A stretch of 64,000 nucleotides of DNA from an uncultured Planctomycetales bacterium (GCA_964583975.1 CAZOXU010000004.1:70100-134099); one strand, 5' to 3'; counted from the first letter of the stretch, positions 48,905 through 58,129 are shown. Program-made: numbers and translations. Notes: a model not told the origin generated them from the letters alone.

Positions 48905-50806
48905 TTAACTTATCTTCTTAGAAACATGTAAATGAACTGGATCTAAAAGTTCTTTAAATTCAACCGTGTTAAGATATTGACTTATAGGCTGCTTATTTGC
49001 TAACGCTTCATAGATGATTTTAATAACTCCCTGTTCCTTGCTTTCAACGCCTTTTAGTAATTGCTTGGCAGAATCCAGATAGAAACCTTCCAATTCATCA
49101 GAAAGAATGAACAAGCGTGCGCTAGATCTCAATTCATTTAAAAGAACTCTCACTTCGGGCGCTAACTTTTTATCAATCTGATTTATATTCTTATATTTAC
49201 CTGAAATGTTAATCTTTGATTTCAAAGAATTAACGGAATCCTTGAGTTCTTTCTTAAATTCTAAACTTGTAAGATACTCTGATAAACCTTCTCTTAGAAA
49301 ATCAAAATCACTTAAAACGCAATGAGGGATTGACACTTCTTTTAACTTTTTCGCATACTTCCAGAATTCCATCTTACCGCCACAATTAATAATTGAAATA
49401 TTATATTCATCTAACCAACCTTCTCCCCACCCTTTCTCAACACCACACTCCTTTGCAATTTCTTCCAAAATATACTTATCTCCCCCTTCAACTAAAATAA
49501 CAAGATCAGCAAAAAACATCTCAGTATTCTGTGATTTTAACAATATTTGTCTTTCTTTAACTTCTGAAAAACTAGTATTAGTTGCTACCGTTCCTTTGTT
49601 GAGATCTTTTCGAACAACAATAACATTAAGATTATTCTTTGTAGTCGCAATAAATTCTGAAGAATGTGTAGTAAGAATAACTTGATTTTTACCCTCATCC
49701 AGAAAATGGTCCAATCGCTCTGATATGACTCTTCGCCCATGTGGATGTAAATATAACTCTGGTTCTTCAATTGCCAACAAGGAACTCCCCCCAGAATTAT
49801 CAACTTCTTTAGTATAAAAATCAAAAAGGCCGATTATAACAGCACTTTGAAGCCCAGCCCCTTTATCTTGTAATTGACTATTAAACCCATCATCAACATA
49901 TATCAAAGCACTCTTATATATATCTTGCTTTTTATCTGGATTTAATTGAATGGAAATTTTAGTATTAGGGAAAGCAACTTGCACCTTACTATTATTAATT
50001 TTAGTTTCTAAATTCTTAAAAACTTCTGTAGATGCTTTCTTTACTTCGTTAAATGCAGTTTGTAACTTCGTATTTCCAGAATCAATTGTTTTTCTTAACA
50101 ACTTACCATACCAACTGTAATTACTAATACGTAGTTGTGCTTGTGGATCCCTAAAAGACGGGATTATTGCACTTTTAATTAATTCATTTCTAATTGTTGC
50201 TTTAAAAGCAAGAACCCAAGAAGAAGAAACATTCTCTCTATATAAGAATCTAATATCTTTTTTAATCCCTTTATCTGTCTTTTGAGCCAAAAAACAATAC
50301 GCAAAATGATACTTATCTTCAAGTTGGCTTTTAAAAGTTGTTTGATTCCATAATTTTGGATTTATATATTCAGAATCATAATTAATATTTTCTTCATCAA
50401 AATTAAAAAGAGCTATTAAATCATCAGGGATTTTATTAACCGAATGTCTTATTGCTTCTCTAGTTTTTGGCTTCTTATTCTCCCATTCTGTTACCTTGGA
50501 ATGAATTTTATAACCATAACAAGTATGAATTTCTTCATAATTTAGTTTTTCATGAACAGATCTTGTAAGTTCAGCAAAAATCAATAATCGTTTTGACTGG
50601 TCACCATTATAGAAATCATTATCTGTAATATTTTCAAATTTTTCATAAGTTGGGGTACTATCACCTAAAATTAAATCAATTGCCTTTAAAATATTACTCT
50701 TCCCAGAATTATTTCTACCAACAATTACATTCTTGCCCTGAGTAAATTTTAAATCCAACTCTTTAATCGAACGGTAATTCTGGATATAAACCCTTGATAA
50801 ATACAT
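48905..50806 (-). CDS. OLD-family ABC-type ATPase with C-terminal Toprim nuclease domain (GajA-like architecture)
   Basis: The ATPase motifs are Walker A (VIVGRNNSGKSNILKAI), signature-like (KGAGLQS), Walker B (LLAIEEPELYLHP) and H-loop (TTHS). The C-terminal Toprim has ILVEGGDKY and ...LSDFD. The product is 633 aa. Confidence 0.8.
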   Translation of the reverse strand: MYLSRVYIQNYRSIKELDLKFTQGKNVIVGRNNSGKSNILKAIDLILGDSTPTYEKFENITDNDFYNGDQSKRLLIFAELTRSVHEKLNYEEIHTCYGYKIHSKVTEWENKKPKTREAIRHSVNKIPDDLIALFNFDEENINYDSEYINPKLWNQTTFKSQLEDKYHFAYCFLAQKTDKGIKKDIRFLYRENVSSSWVLAFKATIRNELIKSAIIPSFRDPQAQLRISNYSWYGKLLRKTIDSGNTKLQTAFNEVKKASTEVFKNLETKINNSKVQVAFPNTKISIQLNPDKKQDIYKSALIYVDDGFNSQLQDKGAGLQSAVIIGLFDFYTKEVDNSGGSSLLAIEEPELYLHPHGRRVISERLDHFLDEGKNQVILTTHSSEFIATTKNNLNVIVVRKDLNKGTVATNTSFSEVKERQILLKSQNTEMFFADLVILVEGGDKYILEEIAKECGVEKGWGEGWLDEYNISIINCGGKMEFWKYAKKLKEVSIPHCVLSDFDFLREGLSEYLTSLEFKKELKDSVNSLKSKINISGKYKNINQIDKKLAPEVRVLLNELRSSARLFILSDELEGFYLDSAKQLLKGVESKEQGVIKIIYEALANKQPISQYLNTVEFKELLDPVHLHVSKKIS

Positions 50807-50808
50807 TT

Positions 50809-51744
50809 CTAACCTTTCAGATTTATAAAACGCTCATAAACCTGTCTTAGTAAAAATACAGCATAATCAACGTCTTTAATATTCGATAAGAAATAATCGC
50901 TAATATGTTGATTGTAATACTCGAAACTCTTTTCTCTGTAGATAACTTTATTCTCAGGATCTTTTAAATCTTTTGGCTGAGTTCTTCCAAACCATAAAAT
51001 AATCTTAGATTTTTGAATATGAACTCCACACATCACAGAATTATCTATTTTAAACCCCACATAAGCTCTTTGAGGACTTTCATAAAGCCTACTATCTAAC
51101 TCTAGTATTCTATCTCTTAACTTTTGATAAACTTCTTTTGTAATGGGCCAATTAGATTTGAAATGATCTTCAACCGAATATTTTTTGACCTCCTTAGCAA
51201 CCTTTTCTAAAGAAGAACCCAATTTAGATACAGTCTTAATCGACTCAGCACCATCAAAAGAAACCAGTTCATTTAGAGACACCGATCCATCCTCATATTT
51301 CTTGATCTCCCATAACTCCATAGGAAGATCTTTAAAATTTGTTGCTTGTCTCTGATAATTAGTAAAAGAAGGCGAAACGAATATGACTCTGGACTGCGTC
51401 CAATCAACCTGATCTTTCTTAAGATGATTCTTTTGACGCTCGTTATATTCCAAAATAAAATCGGCTTTATTATTCAAAAGCAAAGCTAAATATGCAAACC
51501 CTTGATCAATTACTGAAAAGTTCTTATTTTGCTTATATTCAATAATAACGAAAGATTTCGTCTCCAGATCAAAAGCTAGTGTATCAACCCGTAAGCCATG
51601 AAGTTGGAACTCAGAACGCACATACTCAAGCCCAAAGAACAGCTCTACATTACTTTCAATCAAATCTTTGATCTCATTCTCTGAAAGAAAGGGTTTTTCG
51701 GAAAGTTTCTTTATCTTACTTTTATCAAAAACATAGTGAGCCAT
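50809..51744 (-). CDS. NucS/DUF91-like PD-(D/E)xK nuclease-fold protein with uncharacterised C-terminal domain
   Basis: The N-terminal segment ENEIKDLIESNVELFFGLEYVRSEFQLHGLRVDTLAFDLETKSFVIIEYKQNKNFSVIDQGFAYL follows the NucS-type pattern (E..L..G...R.....G.ID.LA.D..G..VVIELK......V.GQ...Y). The stop lies 2 nt from the ATPase start. Confidence 0.6.
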   Translation of the reverse strand: MAHYVFDKSKIKKLSEKPFLSENEIKDLIESNVELFFGLEYVRSEFQLHGLRVDTLAFDLETKSFVIIEYKQNKNFSVIDQGFAYLALLLNNKADFILEYNERQKNHLKKDQVDWTQSRVIFVSPSFTNYQRQATNFKDLPMELWEIKKYEDGSVSLNELVSFDGAESIKTVSKLGSSLEKVAKEVKKYSVEDHFKSNWPITKEVYQKLRDRILELDSRLYESPQRAYVGFKIDNSVMCGVHIQKSKIILWFGRTQPKDLKDPENKVIYREKSFEYYNQHISDYFLSNIKDVDYAVFLLRQVYERFINLKG

Positions 51745-52005
51745 TAAAACCTCCTTTTGGATGATTTAGCATATCATAAAGGTTACAATTTAGGATGGTT
51801 TTTAGCCCTACAGTATTTCTTTCCTAACGTAACGTTCGTTGATATACTTTCCGCATGGGAAAAGCCAAAGAAAACCAATACAAAACGAGTAACGAAGCCC
51901 TCGAAGCTTCTATTTCAAGGGGAAGATGAAGAACGTTTCTAAATATCCCTATACACTGCAATGGTTTCCGACAGAACTTTACCCATTCTCCTCATTTCTT
52001 TTTAT

Positions 52006-52326
52006 TTAATGTAAATCATTATTAACTACAACGGCTCTCTCACCATTCAAAAAAATACTCTTCCCATCTAAATGATTGTCAGCAATGTAACTATACTTAC
52101 CGTTATCTAAAATTCCCCTAGGGTCATTAGAGCTACTCTGACCTTTATTTTCTTGAACCTGCTCCTCCTTGAATGTTGCAAATTGTTCACCTTTTTTTCC
52201 AGAAAAACCTTTAATCCACCCCACAATTCCCATTAAAGAAGCAACAAGAATTATTATAATGAAACCATTCTTAGGATTTCTTTTAAAATCTTTAAACATT
52301 TTCTTAAATTCTGCATAAGACCACAT
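52006..52326 (-). CDS. Hypothetical small single-pass membrane protein
   Basis: It is 106 aa with one TM helix (GFIIIILVASLMGIVGWI) and lies inside the AT-rich island between the defence-like pair and tRNA-Asn. Confidence 0.4.
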   Translation of the reverse strand: MWSYAEFKKMFKDFKRNPKNGFIIIILVASLMGIVGWIKGFSGKKGEQFATFKEEQVQENKGQSSSNDPRGILDNGKYSYIADNHLDGKSIFLNGERAVVVNNDLH

Positions 52327-52483
52327 AATACCCCCCTTATGTTTGCTAATACCATAATTGGATTAATAGTACTTAACCAAAATTCCTTGTCAAACAATTT
52401 GAATTCCTAACCATTTAAGAATACAAGACCGGTTGACATCTAATAATAATTTAGTATAATTCTCGCCTAGTCAAAAGTCTTAT

Positions 52484-52557
52484 TCCCCTGTAGCTCAGTT
52501 AGGTAGAGCAGCGCGCTGTTAACGCGCTTGTCCGAGGTTCGAGCCCTCGCGGGGGAG
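52484..52557 (+). tRNA. tRNA-Asn (anticodon GTT)
   Basis: A cloverleaf is present. The acceptor is TCCCCTG/CGGGGGA with one G.U pair. The D-arm is TAGCTCAGTTAGGTAGAGCA. The anticodon stem GCGCG/CGCGC carries the loop CTGTTAA. The T-arm is GGTTCGAGCCC. CCA is not encoded. Confidence 0.85.
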
Positions 52558-52567
52558 TTTATATAAC

Positions 52568-52607
52568 AAAAAACCCTATTCTTGTAATTTAAGAATAGGG
52601 TTTTTTT
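52568..52607. terminator. Bidirectional rho-independent terminator between tRNA-Asn and recR
   Basis: The stem ccctattctt/aagaataggg with a 7-nt loop has an A6 run on one side and a T7 run on the other. Confidence 0.7.
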
Positions 52608-52635
52608 GTTGCTTCCAATTTTTCTTAAGACTCTC

Positions 52636-53229
52636 TTAAAACTCTCTGCGGGAATTCAGCGACATAGTAAGCGTAGACAAATCCACGTACTCAACCGCTG
52701 ATCCAACAGGAATCCCTAGGCCAATACGACTAACCTTAACCCCTGTTGGTTTAAGTATCTTTCCTAAATACAAGGCTGTGATCTCACCTTCGGTATCTGG
52801 GTCGGTTGCAATCACCACTTCTAAAATTCCTTCTTCCCCAATCCTGCTTAATAATTTACCCACATTTAAATCTTCCGGACCACGCCCTTCAGTCGGAGAA
52901 ATATTGCCCAAAAGCACATAATAAACACCTTTAAAGCTGCCGGTGCGTTCAATCGCCAAAAGATCCTTAGGACTTTCCACAACACAGATCATCTTACGAT
53001 CACGACCTGGATCTGAACACACCAAACAAAGCTCATGCTCAGTTAAATGATTACATTGTTTGCAAAAGCGCAAACCTTCTTTTAATTGGATAATCGAGTC
53101 AGCCAAGGCTTTAACATCCTCAGTTTTCTGAGCCAACATCCAATAGACAATGCGTTCCGCACTTCGGCGTCCCACACCAGGCAATTTGCTTAAATTCTCT
53201 AATAAATTTTCGATTAATTTAGGATACAT
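52636..53229 (-). CDS. recR: Recombination protein RecR
   Basis: HhH (LPGVGRRSAERI), C4 zinc finger (CKQCNHLTEHELCLVC) and Toprim domains are present. Confidence 0.9.
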   Translation of the reverse strand: MYPKLIENLLENLSKLPGVGRRSAERIVYWMLAQKTEDVKALADSIIQLKEGLRFCKQCNHLTEHELCLVCSDPGRDRKMICVVESPKDLLAIERTGSFKGVYYVLLGNISPTEGRGPEDLNVGKLLSRIGEEGILEVVIATDPDTEGEITALYLGKILKPTGVKVSRIGLGIPVGSAVEYVDLSTLTMSLNSRREF

Positions 53230-53282
53230 AATATATGTGTACGGGCTGGGTTACCCAGCCCACTACGAAGCAGGATTTCCTC

Positions 53283-54905
53283 TTATTCGTTATGCCACTC
53301 TTTAACCACCTTGCCACCAAAAAGATTCAAGGCATCTTCTACAATGGGTTGAGATTCTTTAGGAATGGATTCATCGATGGATTTAAAAACAAGATGAATG
53401 GATTGTCCTAACTTCTCTGTAAAAATCTTTTCAACGATCGATTGATTGTCTTTCATCGATAATGTCTCTTTGCCAAAACGGTGTTCTTTTAAGAAACCTA
53501 AGGTCAAAAACCCATCCTTAAACGCACTGGGATTAGCCTCTTGCAAATAAGTAGCCAAAGACATTTTTCGACGCGACACCTCATGGGTCAAAGAATTCCA
53601 ATTTTGTTGAATAAAATCCAAGGATACCCCGCCTGCTGTATCTAATTTCTCTACCTTGATGGCTGGCTCGCTCACAGCAGCTTTGACCGCAGGTTTCGCT
53701 GCAGACACCGCTGGTTTGGCCACAGGCACAGCCACTGAAGCTGCTACAGATGATATCGCTGCTTTGGGCGCCGCGGCAGCTGCTGCGGGTGCTGTGCCGC
53801 TTGTCCCCGCAGAAGGTTGACTCAAAATAATCTTGGCCAAGGCCAGCTCCAAAGGCATACGCATGGTTTCCATAATTCTGGATGTCTCCTGCGCCTCGAT
53901 AAACAACTCAATGGCCTTTAAAATTCCTGCTATAGAAATCCTTTGAGCCTGGCTCGATAAGCGTTCCTTAACATTCTTAGGGTAATCGATGAGATTGTTG
54001 AGCGCAGGCCCACCAATCTTGGCAATCATCATATGACGAAAATGTTCAGTCAAATCTTTGCAAAGCTGCTTTAAATCTTTACCTGCCTCGATAATCTGGT
54101 TTAAAACCGTCATGGCCTTAGGCGCATCGCGATCCACCAGGGCATCGGTCAATTCAAAAAGGTATTCCATCTCCACAATGCCTAGCATGGAAAACACATC
54201 GGACGATTCAACACCCTTTTGTCCTAAAGCACTTAGCTGATCGAGAATCCCTAAAGCATCGCGCATACTGCCACCCGCGGCCTTAGCAATGGCAAAAAGG
54301 GCTTCATCGGCGATTTTAATCGATTCTTGTTTGCTGATTTCTTTTAAGTTATTGCTGATTGTTTCTAAAGGTATGCGTTTAAAATCAAAACGCTGGCAAC
54401 GTGAAAGAATAGTTGCTGGGACCTTATTGGCTTCGGTCGTTGCAAAAATAAAGATCACATGTTCAGGAGGTTCTTCTAAGGTCTTTAAAAGCGCATTAAA
54501 GGCTTCCGCTGTCAGCATGTGGACTTCATCGACAATGTAAATCTTATAACGGCCATAGCTTGGTGCAAATTTAACATTCTCACGTAAGGCGCGGATTTCA
54601 TCAATACCACGGTTGGAAGCTCCATCGATTTCAATCACATCAAAGCTGTTGCCCTTGGCAATTTCCTGGCAGGCAAAACATTCACCACAAGGTTTAAGTG
54701 TAGGCCCATTTTGGCAATTTAAAGATTTAGCTAGAATACGCGCGCTCGAGGTCTTTCCAATTCCACGCGGACCACAAAACAAAAAGGCATGAGCAATGCG
54801 CTTGGTCTCTACGGATTGTTTGAGGATCTTGATGATATGGTCTTGGCCCTGAAGTTCATCAAAGCTTTGAGGACGGTATTTGCGGGCTAAAACGAGATAC
54901 GACAT
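53283..54905 (-). CDS. dnaX: DNA polymerase III subunit gamma/tau
   Basis: The AAA+ clamp-loader Walker A (GPRGIGKTS) and a zinc module (C..C..C) are present. The Ala/Pro-rich linker matches tau. Confidence 0.9.
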   Translation of the reverse strand: MSYLVLARKYRPQSFDELQGQDHIIKILKQSVETKRIAHAFLFCGPRGIGKTSSARILAKSLNCQNGPTLKPCGECFACQEIAKGNSFDVIEIDGASNRGIDEIRALRENVKFAPSYGRYKIYIVDEVHMLTAEAFNALLKTLEEPPEHVIFIFATTEANKVPATILSRCQRFDFKRIPLETISNNLKEISKQESIKIADEALFAIAKAAGGSMRDALGILDQLSALGQKGVESSDVFSMLGIVEMEYLFELTDALVDRDAPKAMTVLNQIIEAGKDLKQLCKDLTEHFRHMMIAKIGGPALNNLIDYPKNVKERLSSQAQRISIAGILKAIELFIEAQETSRIMETMRMPLELALAKIILSQPSAGTSGTAPAAAAAAPKAAISSVAASVAVPVAKPAVSAAKPAVKAAVSEPAIKVEKLDTAGGVSLDFIQQNWNSLTHEVSRRKMSLATYLQEANPSAFKDGFLTLGFLKEHRFGKETLSMKDNQSIVEKIFTEKLGQSIHLVFKSIDESIPKESQPIVEDALNLFGGKVVKEWHNE

Positions 54906-55801
54906 TATAAACTTTTCCTTAATGCTTGTTCCAAGTTGGGATATTTAAACTGATAACCTGCATCTAAAAGCGCCTGGGGCATCACATGCGCTCCTTCAAG
55001 CAACAATTCCTTACCCATTTGTCCAAACAAAGAATGAATCACAAATGCTGGAACAGGAAGTATGGTTGGCCTAAAAAGAACCTTGCCTAATGTTTTAGTA
55101 AACTGTTTATTGGTAACAGGATTCGGTGCCACAAAGTTCACCGGACCGCTAATTTGGTCATGATCGATAATATAATCAATGATTCCAGGTATTTCATCAA
55201 GTGCAATCCAACTCATTTTCTGGCGACCTGAACCTAAACGTCCACCTAATCCAAAATAAAAAAGCGGCAACATTTTAGTCAGCGCCCCACCTCTATTGCT
55301 CAACACTACCCCAAAACGCATATGGATCAGGCGAACTCCATAGAGGATCAAATCTGCTGAGGCATTTTCCCATTCCTGACAAACCTGAGCCAAGAATCCG
55401 TGACCCCCTCCACTATGTTCATTGATCGGCACCTCGGGGTCATGGTTGCCATAAAAACCAATGGCTGAGGCTACAAAAACGATCTTGGGACGTCGATTTA
55501 AATCTTTAACTGCATGCACCAAAAGCTTAGTGCTATTAATACGGCTCTTTAAAATTTCTTTCTTATATGCTTTAGTCCACTGATGCGCACTAATATTCGC
55601 TCCAGCCAAATGGACAATGACATCATGATCTTCCAAGGCCGCTGCATCAACAGTTTGTTCTTCTAAATTCCAGACAATCGTATTCTTATTAAATAATTTC
55701 CTATGGCGAGAAATCTCATTGACCTCATGCTTCTGGGCCAAGAAATGCTCTTTTAAAAACCTACCCACCAATCCTGATGCCCCGGAGATAGCAATCCTCA
55801 T
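54905..55801 (-). CDS. TIGR01777-family NAD-dependent epimerase/dehydratase-like protein (YfcH, C-terminal DUF1731)
   Basis: It has a Rossmann GxxGxxG motif (ISGASGLVGRFL) and a conserved C-terminal DUF1731 region. Confidence 0.8.
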   Translation of the reverse strand: MRIAISGASGLVGRFLKEHFLAQKHEVNEISRHRKLFNKNTIVWNLEEQTVDAAALEDHDVIVHLAGANISAHQWTKAYKKEILKSRINSTKLLVHAVKDLNRRPKIVFVASAIGFYGNHDPEVPINEHSGGGHGFLAQVCQEWENASADLILYGVRLIHMRFGVVLSNRGGALTKMLPLFYFGLGGRLGSGRQKMSWIALDEIPGIIDYIIDHDQISGPVNFVAPNPVTNKQFTKTLGKVLFRPTILPVPAFVIHSLFGQMGKELLLEGAHVMPQALLDAGYQFKYPNLEQALRKSL

Positions 55802-55824
55802 AGAAAAACATTATCCTGTAGAAA

Positions 55825-58083
55825 TTAAAAATCGTAAAGGGGTTTTCTTTGATTCGGGGTGTTTAAACTGAAATTGGAGTTATTTTTTGCTCCCTTAGCC
55901 TGCACTTTGGATGGAGCTTCAGTCTTGCCTGAAGAACTCTGAGGGTCCTTAGGCTTAGAACGCATAGATAATGATATTCTTTTTCTGCTTAAATCAACTT
56001 CAACTACCGTGACCTGTACCTTTTGTCCAACTTTTAACACCTCGGCTGGGTCAGACACATACTTATCTGAAATTTCACTGATATGGACTAGACCATCTTG
56101 ATGAACGCCAATATCGACAAAAGCCCCAAACTTAGTGACGTTGGTCACAATGCCAGGCAATTTCATTCCTGGAGTTAAATCTTCCATGGTTTGCACATCT
56201 TCTTTGAATTGAACTGGGTCAAATTGCGCGCGCGGGTCTCGACCAGGCTTGGCCAATTCTTTAACAATATCCATAAGCGTGGGTAAACCTATTTTGTCAC
56301 TGACGTATTTGGCTGGCTGGATCTTCTTTGTTAAACTCTCATCACTAATAAAATCCCCAACCTTACATCCCAAATCCTTGGCCATCTGATCAACCACCCA
56401 ATAGCTTTCCGGGTGAACAGCGCTAGCATCGAGCGGGTATGGGGCATTGCGGATACGTAAAAACCCGGCTGCCTGCTCAAAAACCTTGCCTGAAAGTCTG
56501 GAAACCTTTTTGAAATCTTCGCGTGAAGCAAAAGCTCCGTGTTCGTTACGATATTCCACAATCGACTTAGCTAAGGCCGGACCTAAACCTGAGACATACA
56601 TTAACAGCTCTTTACTGGCGGTATTGATCTCCACGCCGACCTGGTTCACGCAACTGATGACCACATCATCCAAGCTCTTCTTAAGCAAGGTCTGATCAAC
56701 ATCATGCTGATACTGACCGACCCCGATCGATTTAGGATCAATCTTAACCAACTCGGCTAAAGGATCTTGAAGACGCCGGCCGATTGAGACAGCTCCTCGC
56801 ACCGTTACATCATGATCAGGAAATTCTTCCCGAGCCACATCCGAGGCAGAGTAGATCGAGGCCCCGCTTTCATTGACCATGACCACCTGAATATTAGGCA
56901 GCTTCAAAGAACGAACAAACGAGTCTGTCTCGCGCGAGGCAGTACCATTACCGATGGCAATACATTCAATGTTAAAAATCTGAGATAATTTCTTAATAAC
57001 CGAGGCAGCCTGCTCTTTTTGATCATCGGATTGGCTTATATAGACAACTGTATTATTTAACAGTTTACCTTGAGCATCAAGGCAGACAACCTTCGAGCCA
57101 GTCCTAAATCCTGGATCGATCGCTAACACATTTTTCTGTCCCAAGGGTGAAGCCATCAACAACTGGCGCAGATTGTCCACGAAAACCTTGATCGCTTCCG
57201 CGTCAGCCTTTTGTTTGGTCAGCATCCTTATTTCAGTCTCAATAGACAACGACAGCAAGCGCTTAAAAGCATCTTCGAGCGCCATCTGCACCTGAGCGCT
57301 GCAAGCATTATTACCTTTGATAAAGATATCTTTTAAAAGATCCAAAGCCTGGGTTTCTTCTACCCTGACTCGCAAAGTCGTAAACTCTTCCTTTTCACCC
57401 CGGCGCATGGCCAACACACGATGCGAAGCTGCTGATTTCACAGGCTCTTGCCAATCAAAGTAATCCTTGAATTTACTGCCCTCTTCTTCCTTACCCTTAA
57501 TGACCTTGGATTCAAAAACCCCTTGGTCCAAATATAGTTGTCTGATCCGGGCGCGAGCCGGTGCGTCTTCATTGATCCACTCAGCCATGATGTCCCTGGC
57601 TCCAGCCAAAGCCTCTTCAAAGGCCTTAACCTGCTTCGGCTCATCAATGTACTTGTGAGCTTCAGCTCTAGGATCCACTCCATCTCGCTGTTCAAAAAGC
57701 AGCAAGGCGAGAGGCTCTAAGCCTTTTTCCTTGGCAATAGTGGCTCGGGTGCGCTTCTTAGGCTTATAAGGCAGATACAAGTCTTCTAAAACTGTCATGG
57801 TGGCAGCTGCCTCGATCTTAGCTTTAAGCTCCTCGGTCAGCTTACCTTGCTTATTAATCGACTCTAAAATAGCCCCTCGGCGCTCATCTAATTCATGCAA
57901 TTGTTGCAGGCGGTCACGAATCTGGGTAATGGCAACCTCATCTAAATCTCCGGTTGCTTCTTTGCGATATCTAGAAATGAATGGTACGGTGCTGCCTTCA
58001 GCTAAAAGGGCTGCTACGGCAATGACTTGTTTTTCTCGGAGTTTTAACTCTTGAGTGACTTTGACTATATGCAGAGGATTCAT
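55825..58083 (-). CDS. tex: Transcription accessory protein Tex (HTH-YqgF-HhH-S1)
   Basis: The Tex N-terminus (AALLAEGSTVPFISRYRKE) and the C-terminal S1 domain (GMKLPGIVTNVTKFGAFVDIG) are present. The product is 752 aa. Confidence 0.9.
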   Translation of the reverse strand: MNPLHIVKVTQELKLREKQVIAVAALLAEGSTVPFISRYRKEATGDLDEVAITQIRDRLQQLHELDERRGAILESINKQGKLTEELKAKIEAAATMTVLEDLYLPYKPKKRTRATIAKEKGLEPLALLLFEQRDGVDPRAEAHKYIDEPKQVKAFEEALAGARDIMAEWINEDAPARARIRQLYLDQGVFESKVIKGKEEEGSKFKDYFDWQEPVKSAASHRVLAMRRGEKEEFTTLRVRVEETQALDLLKDIFIKGNNACSAQVQMALEDAFKRLLSLSIETEIRMLTKQKADAEAIKVFVDNLRQLLMASPLGQKNVLAIDPGFRTGSKVVCLDAQGKLLNNTVVYISQSDDQKEQAASVIKKLSQIFNIECIAIGNGTASRETDSFVRSLKLPNIQVVMVNESGASIYSASDVAREEFPDHDVTVRGAVSIGRRLQDPLAELVKIDPKSIGVGQYQHDVDQTLLKKSLDDVVISCVNQVGVEINTASKELLMYVSGLGPALAKSIVEYRNEHGAFASREDFKKVSRLSGKVFEQAAGFLRIRNAPYPLDASAVHPESYWVVDQMAKDLGCKVGDFISDESLTKKIQPAKYVSDKIGLPTLMDIVKELAKPGRDPRAQFDPVQFKEDVQTMEDLTPGMKLPGIVTNVTKFGAFVDIGVHQDGLVHISEISDKYVSDPAEVLKVGQKVQVTVVEVDLSRKRISLSMRSKPKDPQSSSGKTEAPSKVQAKGAKNNSNFSLNTPNQRKPLYDF

Positions 58084-58108
58084 AATTTGGTGTGTATCAT
58101 AGTATAAA

Positions 58109-58129
58109 AATTAGTGCCTGGCACTAATT
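58109..58129. promoter_or_regulatory. Perfect 21-bp palindrome (aattagtgcc-t-ggcactaatt), candidate operator in the tex / fibre-locus divergent intergenic region
   Basis: The inverted repeat is exact (10 bp + 1 + 10 bp). It cannot be an intrinsic terminator because both flanking genes point away from it. Confidence 0.4.

Noticed and set aside
51757-51942. Plus-strand 61-aa ORF upstream of the NucS-like gene
   Set aside because: It has no ribosome-binding site and sits in the promoter region of the minus-strand defence-like operon. It is probably non-coding.
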